From Tubulanus polymorphus (lineage: Eukaryota; Animalia; Nemertea), in the NCBI RefSeq assembly GCF_964204645.1, contig NC_134031.1, positions 9,610,001 to 9,674,000 of the forward strand: a stretch of 64,000 nucleotides of DNA. Reading direction: 5' to 3'. Each line of letters begins with the position of its first letter. The stretch's first letter is position 1. Shown here piece after piece: positions 1-12,261 of the stretch. The notes under the pieces were generated by a model. The model was not told where the DNA came from. It made no database searches and saw only the letters and a list, made by a program, of their open reading frames with translations. The position numbers were made by a program, and so were the translations under genes.

Positions 1-551
1 CAAAGTTATTGTAGAACCTGTGTTAAAGAAATGAATAAGCAATACCGAGCAAATAATCCAGATTATCAAAAGGAATGGCGAAATGAGAATCCAGAATATT
101 TAAGAGATTAGAAGAAAGATAATAGAGAACATTATAATGAGTATCAAAATAATTACCAAAAAGATATAAAACGGATCTTAATTTTAAATTGAAACAATGT
201 TTAAGTTCTAGATTAACAAAATTATTCAGTAAAGAAACGCATTCAGCCACACTATCTAATTTATTGGGATGTTCAGATGAATTTCTCAAATCATGGATAA
301 TATATCAGTTTAATGATGAAATGAATGAAAAAAACTATGGTGAATACTTTCATATTGATCATGTGTTACCAATATCGAAATTTGATATGAACGATGAATA
401 CAATCAAAAGCTAATCTGGAGCTGGAAAAACTTAAGACCTTAAGAAAAAGTTGGAAATATTAGGAAAGGAAACAAACTTGATATGAAATTATATTTAGAT
501 CAACTGAATAAAGCAAAGACATTTGTTGAATTATGGAACTCAACACGATGA
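1..551 (+). pseudogene. HNH-type endonuclease of the kind common in NCLDVs/phages; 5'-truncated by window edge, in-frame stops; probable Polinton accessory gene
   Basis: ORF 189-443 has YGEYFHIDHVLPISKFDM...WSWKNLRP, read through a stop to xxGNIRKGNK (HIDH-x-P...NLxP...N HNH signature). Upstream short repeats NKQYRANNPDYQKEWRNENPEY. AT-rich like the neighbouring Polinton genes. Confidence 0.6.
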
Positions 552-1850
552 AATATACGTTGAATGAAAAATAAGTTGAATCTCAAGCGCTTAGAAAACC
601 GGTAACTCTCGATGTATGTCAAACTGCCTATGCAATTATACTAGCATCCGTCGCATGTTATTTCAGTTGAATGGGGAGTACCTCATTTGAATATTGATCG
701 AACGCGCTCTTTCAGTTGAAAAGAAATATTCAATTTCATCATAAAAGAACAGCCGTTAACATCGCGGCAGACAGTGTTTGGCTAGTGAATAACTGGCAGT
801 TATAAGCGTGCAGTGCATAAGCATAGGAACGCATAGGATATTCTCTCTCGAAACACAATTAGGAGTTTACAGTTATAAATGTAAGTACTGTTTTTGTTGT
901 TATTAAGACGCCGGGAAACGTTAAACATGTTTAAGTGTATTAATCTATATTTGACAACTACAACTTCAAGTTTACAACTTCAGTTTTATTCTACGCTAGA
1001 TATTTATCTTTTAGATAACAAAATGCTACGCGTTACAAGAAGACCATTGCTATTTGAGTCATGAAAGTGAATATGGAAGGATGTGAAATCAGAAATTACG
1101 GATATTTCAAATCATGAGACTGTAGCAGTTTAGCCATACTTTATAGACTTTCAATGCATTACGTTTGCTGGAATTTCAATTGCGTCATTCAGCTGTTGTT
1201 AATGGTTACAGTGACAGATGTTGTATTATACTTTATTGATTCCTGCATTCCACACATACCTTACCGCTCCTCTCAGGACCGGCTTGGAATGTGGAAATCG
1301 ATACTGACTGTAGAATAAAATACATATGTTTATGAATAGTAATTCCACCAGGCGTTTCGTTGAATTGATTTTCAGTTTGAGGATTTATTATCGAGGATCC
1401 GAAATGACTTATCTGGACAGTTATAGTTACCGCTCCTATAGATAGACAATAGTAGTGAGATATTGAATCCTAATTTAAATAAAAAGTGAAATAACAATGA
1501 CTTCAACTATATAGTGAATTCTATTATGAGGAGAGAATCCCACAATGATAATAAAAAGTCCGAAAATGAAACTTCGAGATAGTAGTTTATTTCAACGTTT
1601 CTCCGTGACATTCTCTCTGAATCAGACATCGTTAGCGATAACATAGGCCTACCGAACCGAACCGTAAAAGCGTTCTATTTTTATATCGCTACGATGTACG
1701 ATCAGATTGTGTGTGTAAAAAATCAATAATCTAACGTGAAAACTATTAGCGTGCGCGTATCACCGCGCCTACCTGTCTGTCTATTGTATTAAGCTTCCCG
1801 CGCCGTAGTTTTGTTTTGAATGCTGGGGTGCTATTAGCAGTTTGTTCGTC

Positions 1851-4520
1851 ATGGATCGTAAGATCATAGACAGGTGCTCTTCTGTAGACCCATCAGGGGG
1901 GGGGGGGGTTGATAAAGGATTAAAAAATCCGTGGAAATGGAATTGGTTAGAGACTGTTATCGACGATGTTCCCCTCGCTGAATGTATAAGAAAAATCAGC
2001 GTTGCTGGAAGAGCATTATGCATCTGGTACAACAGCGAAATAAACTATGGTGCACGGGGAAAGGTTGCTATTACTGATCACGTAAAAGCAAAAAATCACA
2101 AAGATATAGATAAAGACAGAAGAAGTAATTACAATCTACCAGGTATGCTTCCTTCGTTTTTGAACCAAAAGTTTTAGCAAGTCGGTACCTTAGTTTGTTC
2201 TGTGGAAAAAATTTCTGCAGGAATCCCGGCTGCAGAATTTTATTTGCAGCTTTTAGATATGAAATTAGATCAAATAATTTGAGGCCTAGACATTCGGTCT
2301 AAGAATAAATAGAAACAGACAATCGATTGAGTCTTCAATGTTTACTTCGCAGGGTCTTCAACATCACAACAGGAGAAACCGTATGGTCTTTGGCAAGCAT
2401 TTAAAGATTCACCATCCACTGTAAATGAGAGCAGTCGTCCGAAAGTTGAACCTTTCATTCCAGTCCATAACCGGGTTCTTCATTCTGAGGCTATGCTGCT
2501 TGCATTCATTGCCGACAAAAACATGTCATTTAGCATTGTTCCGGATATGATAGATCTGATTAAAGCCTTATGTAAAGACAGAAATGCCCTGTCGCACTTA
2601 CAAATGTCCAGAGTTACAGCATCGTACAAAATGAAACATGGCTTGGCCAAGACGTTTTCAGATCAGTTAAATGAAGAACTAAATGAGAACTTCTTCTCTC
2701 TCAACATCGATGAAGCAACAAGTTTAAGTCTGAAAAAAGTTCTCGCCAGTTTTTATTCACCCGTCGAGAAAAAAATCGTGTTTCGTCATGTCTCTTCACT
2801 TGAGGTCATCTCGGCTAAAAGTGAAAGTATTTTTAACGAGGTCATTGGCGAGTTGGACCGTCGGCAGATATCTTATGATCATTTAATGTCCGTTCTTGTT
2901 GATTCATGTAATGTCATGCGTGGCTGCAGTTCGAGACCAGGTTGCGTGATAAGGTCCCTTACCTTCTAAACATCGACGGCGACTCGGCGCACCACGTACA
3001 CAATTCGTCAAAACAGTTTACCAATTGTTTTGATAAAGTGATCGAAAAGCTAATTACAGATCTGTACAATGATTTGAAATGGTCACCTGACTTGCGCGAT
3101 GATTACCTTCGTGAAATATGTTCTTTGTTAGGATTTAACTTCACGATGCCCGAAAGATATGTTGTTACCAGGTGGCTGTCTTTGCACGATGCCGCTGTTG
3201 ATTTAGAACGTAAGTTACACAGTGTTCTACTTCGGTTTTTTGAATCCAGGTGATCGCGTTATATATCTAGCCCGTTGCGTAGAAATTGATCGGCGCTTGG
3301 GTATTTCAGAACCTGCACGAGTTCGCATTAAAGAGATACAGCCAACTGTAAAAAACAAGAAACTTACTGAGGACGGAAAAGCAAGAAAAAATCGAATTAC
3401 CGATCGATTGTTTGTCGACCGAAAACGGACAGTTATGTACCTGAATTTCCTGATTTCAGTTTTGCCTTTTCTGAAAAAATACGTTCTGAAAGTTCAAAAG
3501 TGAGAGCCGTTGATACATAAGCTTATTGATGAACAAGTCAGTGTATTCCGGGAATTTCTCTGTTGCTTTATTCGGCCTGACAAGATCCCTGCCGATGATC
3601 GAAAATTAGTTGGTATCGATTTTGATATTTTTACGATGAAACCGAGTGAAATGTTTGTTGGAGACAAAGCCTCAAAACTTATCAGTGAGAATCCAAAAGA
3701 TCTACTTGTCAATGAATTTTACGACAAAGTCAGAAAGGCCTACATCTCTTGTGCTAAATATTTGGCAAAGAAACTACCGCTTAACAGTAAGACACTGTTA
3801 CGTATAGCTGCAATTGATCCAGCATGTCGCGTTCATACCTTGACCTTGAAATATCTAAAGGATTTGCCAAATATAGCAACATATGTTCTGAATTCAGATG
3901 AGGTTGATAGCTACCAACTTGAGGTACACCGTTACACGGCTGACAAGACACTCCCAGAAGCTATTTCTGACGAGTCAATGCCGGTGCGTATAGACGAATG
4001 GTGGTCGCACGTGGCTAAAGCATATCCTTATCTTTCAAAAATGGTATTTGCGCTCCCAAGTTGTTTCACATGCCCACTAGTTGAAAGTTCATTCAGCGAA
4101 ATGTCGAATATTGTGGATACTACATCCAACCGGTTGAATATATCAACATACAGTGCCTTACAGACAGTGAAGTATTCGTTGGCTGGAAAGTCGGCTGTGG
4201 ATTTTTTCAATAGAAATGACATTCGCCGCGATCCCATCCATCCCACGGGTTTGAACGTAAACATGGCTTCAGGCACGTTTATAAGCAAGAACTCGAAGAA
4301 ACAAAAGAAAAGCGGGAATCTCATTTAAAAGCGATCCAAGCACGGAAAACTGAAACAATCTCAAAACGAAAAGCAAGAGAAACGAATATCGAGACGGCGA
4401 AAAGAGCTAGGATCGTTCATGCAGCAGCCGCCCAGACCAAAGCCAAAAGGGCCGATCGAAATGAGATTCTTCAGAAATTAGCAGAGAAGCGTCGGCGGAA
4501 ATTGAATTTTTGCTCGGCTT
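1851..4520 (+). pseudogene. hAT-superfamily transposase, decayed, one predicted intron (2143-2352)
   Basis: N-terminal WKWNWLE...ALCIW...DH (BED-like). GT donor at 2143 and ttcgcAG acceptor at 2352 join exon 1 in frame to ORF 2493. Motifs SLNIDEAT, DSCNVMRG, HHVHN, TRWLS and C-terminal dimerisation VESSFS are spread over frameshifted ORFs 2493-4328. Confidence 0.8.
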
Positions 4521-4948
4521 ATATTCTTTGTCCTTAACCTGTAATTCATGGCTATAATTCGTGTTTGTTTTGTTAGAACTATCATTTTCCGTTGTATGAA
4601 AATAGTTTCAGAACGAGAGATGGTTAAACTGGACTCTTAAACGAGTTTAATCTAAATTGTTTGAAAGTTTACGGTTAAACTGATTCCTGCGTGATCTGGA
4701 TCCCGTGTGATTGTAATACTGTATAATATGGCAAATTAAATAGTTTAATATCTCTTCTTGTGTGTTGAAATAATAAAACTCAAAAAGATACCCTTATCGG
4801 ATTATCATTGTGTTATTGGTTTGTGTCCAGGAGTGAATTTCAGAATCCGTAACTTAATAATTCATGGGCCCCCTTTTTTTAGCCGAGGAAATGAGAATCG
4901 TTATCCCATTAGCAATGGACCGCGCCGGCGTTGAAATAAGAATTCCCG

Positions 4949-5080
4949 AGTACCGACTGCTAGCGCCACTGTGTTCGATTGCCTTAACATATCATGCCTC
5001 AGTACCGACTGCTAGCGCCATTGTGTTCACATGCCTTATCATAATGATGCCTCAGTACCGACTGCTAGCGCCACTGCGTT
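4949..5080. repeat. Tandem repeat, ~52-53 bp unit x3 (core AGTACCGACTGCTAGCGCCA)
   Basis: Core seen at 4949, 5001 and 5054; the intervening segments are also similar to each other. Confidence 0.85.
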
Positions 5081-5299
5081 CCGTACGGCGATCGCTTTTC
5101 AATAAGAAATAATATATGTCAGTGAATTATTAAATGTTTTCCAGTAGGTTATATAGTGTCAAGGTAAATTCATATATGTTTAAAGATTTCTGCGGATTTC
5201 AATACCTCCTGTTTTCATCCCTGTATTATACCAGAAAATAGGTCAAATGATAAAATCATTGAAAATAAACCAAGATTATTATCAATGGACTAAAATAAG

Positions 5300-6374
5300 A
5301 TGAAAAAAGAACAATATTTAAGAGATTTATATTATAACCCAGAGAGTGAAGTATCATATTCTAGTGTTTCAGAATTATGGGATAAAATTAAATCTGATAA
5401 AGAATATATGAAATATAGTGAACTAAGATTATGGTTACAAAATCAACCAACATATCAAATTCATAAGAAAATGGAAAAAAATTATTTAACGAGAAAAGTT
5501 AGGGTTTTATATATTGATCAACAATGGCAAGCAGATTTAATTGATATGAAAAACTTAGAAGAATACAACAAAGGATATTTCTGGATACTGAATGTTATAG
5601 ATATATTCAGTAGATACGCGTGGTCAATTCCAATCAAAAATAAAACTGGTATAGAAGTAACAAATGCATTTAGAAATATATCTAAAGAAGCTATCCCAGG
5701 TAAGATACAATTTGATGAAGGTAAGGAATTCTATAATAAACATTTTAAAAAAACTATTATCTGATAACGATGTAGATTATTTTCCAACACACTCAGATAA
5801 AAAAGCATCTATTATAGAAAGATTTAATAAAACATTGAAAACTAGAATGTGGAAATACTTTACTGCTAATGAAACATATAAATATATAGATGTATTAGAT
5901 GATTAGGTGAAAGTTTATAGCAATTCTAAACAAAGTTCTATAAATATGAAACCGATGCAAGCTAGAAAAGAAGATAATTCAGAAATTGTTTGGAATAATT
6001 TATATGGAGCATTTGTTACACACGATTTTGGAGAACCTATATTTAAAATAGGACAACATGTTAGAATATCTAAATATAGAAAAACATTTTATAAAGGTTA
6101 TACTCCAAATTTTACTGAAGAAATATTTTGAATTAAAAAGAAAATATTAACTAAACCATTTGTTTATAAATTGGAAGATTTACAAGATGAAGAAATAATA
6201 GGTTATTTTTATGAACAAGAATTATCACTTGTACCAAATCCAGATGATATAGAGTACAAAATAGAAAAAGTATTGAAAACAAAAAATCTTAAAGGAAAAA
6301 AGTATTCTCTGGTGAAATATAAAGGGTATGATGATAAATTTAATGAATGGATTTTAGTAAAATTAAAAGATTAA
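5300..6374 (+). pseudogene. Polinton retroviral-like (rve) integrase with C-terminal chromodomain
   Basis: DDE motifs WQADLIDM / IQFDEGKEF / IIERFNKTLK; chromodomain YKIEKVLK...LVKYKGYDDKFNEWI; broken by a frameshift and stops. Confidence 0.93.
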
Positions 6375-6987
6375 ATGAATAAAGATTTATTTATATTTGA
6401 ACCGCATAATATGTTAGTTAATGGAGTAACCAACTGTGGTAAAACACATTTCATATTATATTTAATAGAAACTATTTATAAAAATCATTTTGATAATATA
6501 ATATTATTCTGCCCTACTTATGAAATGAATAAAACATATAATAGAGATATAGTTAAGATAAAAAAGTTTATTATATTAGATCCTAAAACAGTAAAAGAAA
6601 ATTTAGATAATTGTATTAAAATAGCATTAGATATTTATAATGGTTCAAATACATTATTCATTATAGATGAATGTGCTAATTTACATGATTCAAAAGTTAG
6701 AGAAAGTGAGTTATGTTATTTAGCTTTCTCTGCGAGACATTTTGGAATAACAACATGGGTTTTAAATCAAAAATATTATTAAATTGTTAAAGACTTCCGA
6801 GAAAACATAAGATTTTTAGTATTATTCTACAATAAAGATAGAAAATCTATGTAACAATCATTAGAAGAGAATCAAATTATACCTACTGAATTACATGATG
6901 AATATATGAATAAATTAAAGAACAGTAAAGGCTCAAAATTACTTCTGAAGCTTCAATTTCCTTATGAATATAAATTTATAAAATAAG
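6375..6987 (+). pseudogene. Polinton A32/FtsK-like genome packaging ATPase
   Basis: Walker A GVTNCGKT, Walker B LFIIDE, RHFGITTWVLNQ motif; frameshift near 6780; homologous to 55870-56476. Confidence 0.92.
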
Positions 6988-6999
6988 GCATTTAAAGCA

Positions 7000-7310
7000 T
7001 TTACGTATTAGATACGTATTAAATGCGTATTAGATACCTTAATACGTATTAGGTACGTATTAGATTAGATACGTATTAGATACCATAATACGTATTAGGT
7101 GCGTATTAGATACGTATTAGATACATTAATACTTATACCCCCTTTTTTAGAATATATTATCTATTTTAAATTTTCAACTAATATATTTTTATTTTTTCAA
7201 CTAAGTTTGAAAATAATAAAGGTTATATATATTAATACATATTAGATACATAAATATTTAAATACGTATTAGATACGTATTAAATACGTATTTTATGCCT
7301 AAATGCTTAA
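7000..7310. repeat. ~11-bp tandem array (ATACGTATTAG-like) downstream of the ATPase
   Basis: Repeated tacgtattaga/tacgtattaaa units at 7002-7130 and 7237-7290. Confidence 0.85.
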
Positions 7311-7344
7311 AACCCCCTTTTTTAAAAAACTATTTATATATCTA

Positions 7345-7640
7345 TGTACGAGTGTACGAATTGTACGAGTTGTACGAATGGTACGAGTGTACGAGGGCAA
7401 CATATATAATTAACATATGTTTTTTTATTTTAAAAACAGTACGAGTTTCATTATTAATTTTATACTCTATTTAAATATTATTTTAATAAAACATATATAT
7501 TATGTTAAATATAATATAGAATACAAATATTATATTTATACTCGTACCATTCGTACCATTCGTATGTTTAAAAGTGAAATATATATATTATTACACTCGT
7601 ACACTCTTACAGTTCGTACAGTTCGTACCATTCGTACATC
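7345..7640. repeat. ~9-bp GTACGA array followed by an inverted TCGTAC array
   Basis: tgtacgagtgtacgaattgtacga... at 7345-7395; tcgtaccattcgtacc... at 7541-7640. Confidence 0.8.
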
Positions 7641-7656
7641 AATATGTTAATAGAAA

Positions 7657-8671
7657 TTACTCTTTTTCATTTTCATATTTTTCTTTCAGCTTATTATATT
7701 CCAACAATATATTCCTTTGCATTGATATTGGTATAGTTCCTAAATGATTCCCGAGTTTATATTTATTGAATGTTGCCCATGAAAATATTTTTGGAATATA
7801 ATTTTCGATTTCATTTTTAGATGGATGTTTATTTAAAAATTCTCTAAAATCATCGTATTTAAGTTCAAATAAGTTCAAATAAGTTACATTTGGTTTTGAA
7901 AGTTAGATAACTTTTTCAATATGGTAACTATATCCACCGATAATCTAATATATTCATTTTATTAAATTTCGGATTTATGATTAATGGATTTTCTATTACA
8001 TTATCTGTACCTATATGTTTAATTGAGTATTAATGATTCAATTGTTTATCATATATTACATGATCTTTACATTTTTCACACCATGATTTTATTACGTGTA
8101 TTGCATGGACTGAATCATTTCCACCTTTTGTTTTTAATTTATAATGTTTTGACCAATTAGTCTTTGCTATACATTCATTACAGAAGGCACAATAATTTTG
8201 GTCTTCTTTGCATTTATGTTTTTATATATATTAGCATATGTTTTTACTAATTGTAAAATATGTTCACCTTTTTGTGCAATAAATAATCATTATAATTATC
8301 AAAATCTTCTTCACGATATGTGCATCTAATGATATCTTTTGGTTAAAACATTTGGTTTTTCTATTTTATAGTTAGAGGTAGATTCTGTTACATCTTCTTT
8401 TTTTGTTTCAATATTATCTTCTTTTTTTGTTTCAATATTATCTTCTTTTTTGGTTTCAATATTATCTTCTTATTTAGTTTCAATATTATCTTCTATTTTA
8501 GATTAATTATTATCTTCTATTTTAGGTTCAATATTATCTTCTATTTTACTAATTCTATATTTGAATTGATTAAAGTATTAAATACTTACTATATTCAGCA
8601 TATGGTATTACATATTTTATATCTGATATCATTTCACTTGGACTTTGTATTTCATATATTCCTCCTTCCAT
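7657..8671 (-). pseudogene. Polinton gene of unknown function with a 21-bp (7-aa, KEDNIET-like) internal repeat
   Basis: TAAATG start immediately after the MCP stop; 21-bp repeats at ~8390-8550; C-terminal ORF 7657-7878; several disruptions. Confidence 0.5.
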
Positions 8672-8703
8672 TTATTATAGAATGTTTTATCAAAACTAAA
8701 ATT

Positions 8704-10766
8704 TTAATACATAACACTATTCAATTGAGAATTAATAATATATAATTGCGCATCAGATATTATATAAATATGCATTTTGAAATTTAAACTTCCTTTTTTC
8801 TTTTTCATGAATAATTGTATTCCATATTTAGTGTTCTATAGTTTTCTCCCAGATCCATGTAATAAATTATCTTCAGTTGTTCTAAAATCTAACCATAATG
8901 CGTATTTATTACCAGTATAATAATCAGATGATTTCATTTTTTCATTCATAAAATGTTTTCTAATTTCTGGCCTCTGATCTATCATTCTCACTCCTTGACA
9001 AAATAATTTATTTGCTATGCATTCGATAGTTATTTCTACTTTTGGATTTCCGGATAATAATAATTATCCACATTTATTGCGCATTTATTTATTATAATAT
9101 GTAGCAATGTTAGAAAATATTAATATACCTTTAACAGATCTTCTTGGAAAGTTAATATTCTCATTAATTATTTCATCATTTGCATTAATAGTTACAGTTT
9201 TAAATTTATCAATATAATCATATAATAATGAAAATCCTTGATTGTATTGAGTTTGAAGTATGCTAGCAATATTTTCATCAGTTACTGTATCATATTCTAA
9301 ACATATATTCGATAATTTATATCCCATATCTTTTATTACACTTGATAATACTATTTCATTAACAGGAGCAATTGTTATCTCAAATTTGATATCTTCTTGA
9401 ATTGCGTATTTATATAAAGGTGCATTATTATCTATCAATTCAAAGTCTAATGGAATTTTATATTTGCTTCCATAAATCTTTTTTATCAAATTATCTGCGG
9501 TACTATTTGAGTTACTATTGCGTCATTAGCTCCCGATCTTAATTTATCATGGTTTTCTGATTGGATGCCTTGAAATATCATATTATTTATATTTTCTTTT
9601 GTTAACCATAAATCTTTATAATGCATAAATAAATTATAATCATCTAATGAGAAAACTGTTTCTGGTCCAATCTTTGTAGTTAATTTTTTAATCAAATATC
9701 TCCCAACATTATCAACAACATAATTATTATCATGACCAGTTACTTTTATATCAGCTGATGAATAAATATGTAATAGAGTGATTTTTGATATGTCAATCTC
9801 AATGGAATTGGGATTGAATGGGTTAAAACTGTAGTACTGTATTGTGGCGCCTCTGTGACAAGTTGAGGTACTAATCTGTCTGCTGATCCTATTGTCACTC
9901 TGTTAAGGAAATTCAGCCATGTAGGGTGAATTTCATGTAGGAAAATAAAGTTGATACTATATTGTACTCTGTCTATTTTCGTCTCTTTAGGTAAGATTTA
10001 TATTTATTTATGCATTGTATTCTAAGAGTTAATGTTGCTAGACCGTGCTCTTATGGTAAAAGTATTTATATGACTGAAACTGGACCATTCTTTCGAATAG
10101 ATGTTTGGTCGGTGAGTATTTTAATATGGAATATTATGGTTATAGAAATTAATTGATTTTGCATGTCTGTTGCGTATGATAATGAATTAAATTAAATTAA
10201 TGAATCAAATGTGTTTATATAAGAAAACTATTGTAAGTATTGATCCTATGGTCACTCTGTTAAGGAAATTCAACCATGTAGGGTGAATTTCATGTAGGAA
10301 AATAAAGTTGATACTATATTGTACTCTGCCTATTTTCGTCTCTTTAGGTTCGACCGGATCGGTGATATAGATCGGTGGTCAGTTCGACCGTAACGAGGAG
10401 AGATTGGAGACTGGTTAGCCTTGTTAACGCAGCACGGCTACTCGAGATAGTGGAATGGCACACCTGGGAATCCTGTCGTTTTGATTCACGTTTCGAATTA
10501 CGCAGTTCGGGAAGAAAATAAATATATATATAAAAAATCCTCACTGAGAGTTTACGTGTAATTTACTCGGAGGAAAATACCGCTCTGCGACAAATACTAT
10601 ATGGAACATAAAAAGTATTTTCATTTAATCTCGGGATTCTAACATCTAAAGTTTCATCGGGATTAATATTAGAAGGATTATGAGTAATTATATGATGAGA
10701 TCTCTCTGCTTTAATAGCATTAGATATTCTAGAATTTTTAGAAGGATTTATTTAACTCCCACTCAT
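8704..10766 (-). pseudogene. Polinton major capsid protein (putative double jelly-roll), interrupted by a solo LTR
   Basis: Colinear with 53572-54817 (IKKLTxKIGPETVFSLDDYNLFMHYKDLW; NENINFPRRS); reading continues across 9769-10592 once the insert is removed. Confidence 0.8.
9769..10592. mobile_element. Solo LTR (TG...CA) with 4-bp TSD AATA
   Basis: Starts TGTAATAGAG, ends CTCTGCGACA (imperfect inverted ends); AATA at 9765-9768 and 10593-10596; internal ~105-bp duplication (~9884-9991 / ~10242-10349). Confidence 0.75.
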
Positions 10767-10786
10767 TTATTTAACAAAAAAATTAA

Positions 10787-12245
10787 TTATTTATTTTTCA
10801 TCATATTAACTAACCCAAAATTAATTGCACTTACAACTGTAATTAAGAATAAGATATGTTCAGCCGCAAAGTTAATAATATTCCCAGCAGATTTTAAAAC
10901 AAAACAAACAATTGGTGCTATAACTCCGGATAATGCTGCAGCAGATTTTTTTGATAGTTCCCATAGATATTTTGCTAATTTTTTGAAACCATCTTTCACT
11001 TTATCTTGTATTGAGTTATTACTCGGTGGTTTATCCGGTTTGTTAGGTGTAGGTGTAGATTTTAATGAATTTGATATTGCTAAACCAATTGTTGTAAATA
11101 ACATAGTTACTGCAGTTGGAATTGAAAGAATTGCTTTACCTTCTAATTTGAATAATAATTTTATTCTATCTTTAAATGATATTTCAGAATTTGGTTTTAT
11201 CAACAAATCTTTAAAAATAACTTTTAATCTATTAATATTATAATCATATGATTTTAATACTAATTTAGATTCTTCTTTCTGAAATTCTATGTTATATTCT
11301 AAATCATCTTTTTCTTTTTCTAAATATGCATTTCTTCTTTTAAATTCAATTTCGTCAATAACTTTATTATCTCTATCTAATTTTAATTGTTCTATTTCTT
11401 TAATTTTGTCAGGTCTATCTTTTTCTAAAGTTCTAATTTTAAAATCTCTTATGCTTTTATCATGCGCAATTTTATCAGATGCAAGTCTTATACTAATAAT
11501 TTCTCTAATTGCTTTATCAGAAAATATATCTAATTCTTCTAATTGTTGATCTGTTGCGTCAAGTAACCCATTTGCTAAAAGTTTTTCAATTGGAACTTTA
11601 TTTGATTTAAGTTTACTAGTTTTGGAAGTTATATTCTGTTCAGAAGTTGTTTCTGTTTCTAAATTATTATTGATTATTTCAAATAATTCATTAATTCTTT
11701 GTTTAAAAACTCTTTTATTTTGATTTATTTCTATGTCGGTAACATTTTCTATTTCATTACTATTACTAATTCTTTTAATTCTAGATGGTTCTAAATTACT
11801 CAAAGTTGATTCTGCCAATATTTTGTTTTGATTTTTATAAGTGATATTAATATAATAATCATCTTTCAAATGATAGTAATATTCACCATCTAAAGATTTT
11901 AATTCTTGTACTAAATATCTGGCACCTCTATCATTTATATTATATCCAGATTTTTCAAATATAGGTTTAAAATTATAAATATATTCATTATATTCTAAAT
12001 TTTGTTTTACTAAATCTGGAATTTCATTTTCAGCATTTATTCTCGATTAAGTTTTAAAAAAAATCAAACTCGTCTGTTGAAGGGGCTTTAGAACCACTAT
12101 CTGCTAAATTAGAATTATATGCTGATCCATCATCATTATCAAGATTAGTTTCATCAAAATCAGGTTGTGGTTCATCAGGTATAAATCCTTCATTATTATT
12201 TCCCATTTCTCCCATTTCATAAGCTTCTCCACCTTCTACATCCAT
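10787..12245 (-). pseudogene. Polinton coiled-coil protein with acidic N-terminus and amphipathic/hydrophobic C-terminal helices
   Basis: ORFs 12054-12245 (MDVEGG...) and 10787-11869 form one frameshifted gene; homologues at 63355-64000, 53331-53553 and 41890-42480. Confidence 0.75.
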
Positions 12246-12261
12246 TTATATGTTATGAAAA

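Noticed and set aside
1044-4918. CCATTGCTA...TAGCAATGG as hAT TIRs
   Set aside because: Only a 9-bp match and no 8-bp TSD visible; element ends left undefined.
4949-5080. CRISPR-like repeat-spacer pattern
   Set aside because: Only three units, the putative spacers resemble each other, no cas genes, eukaryotic context.
10680-11549. Plus-strand ORFs 10680-11243 and 11289-11549 (also 53228-53545, 46921-47106, 47784-48047)
   Set aside because: Antisense shadows of real Polinton genes.
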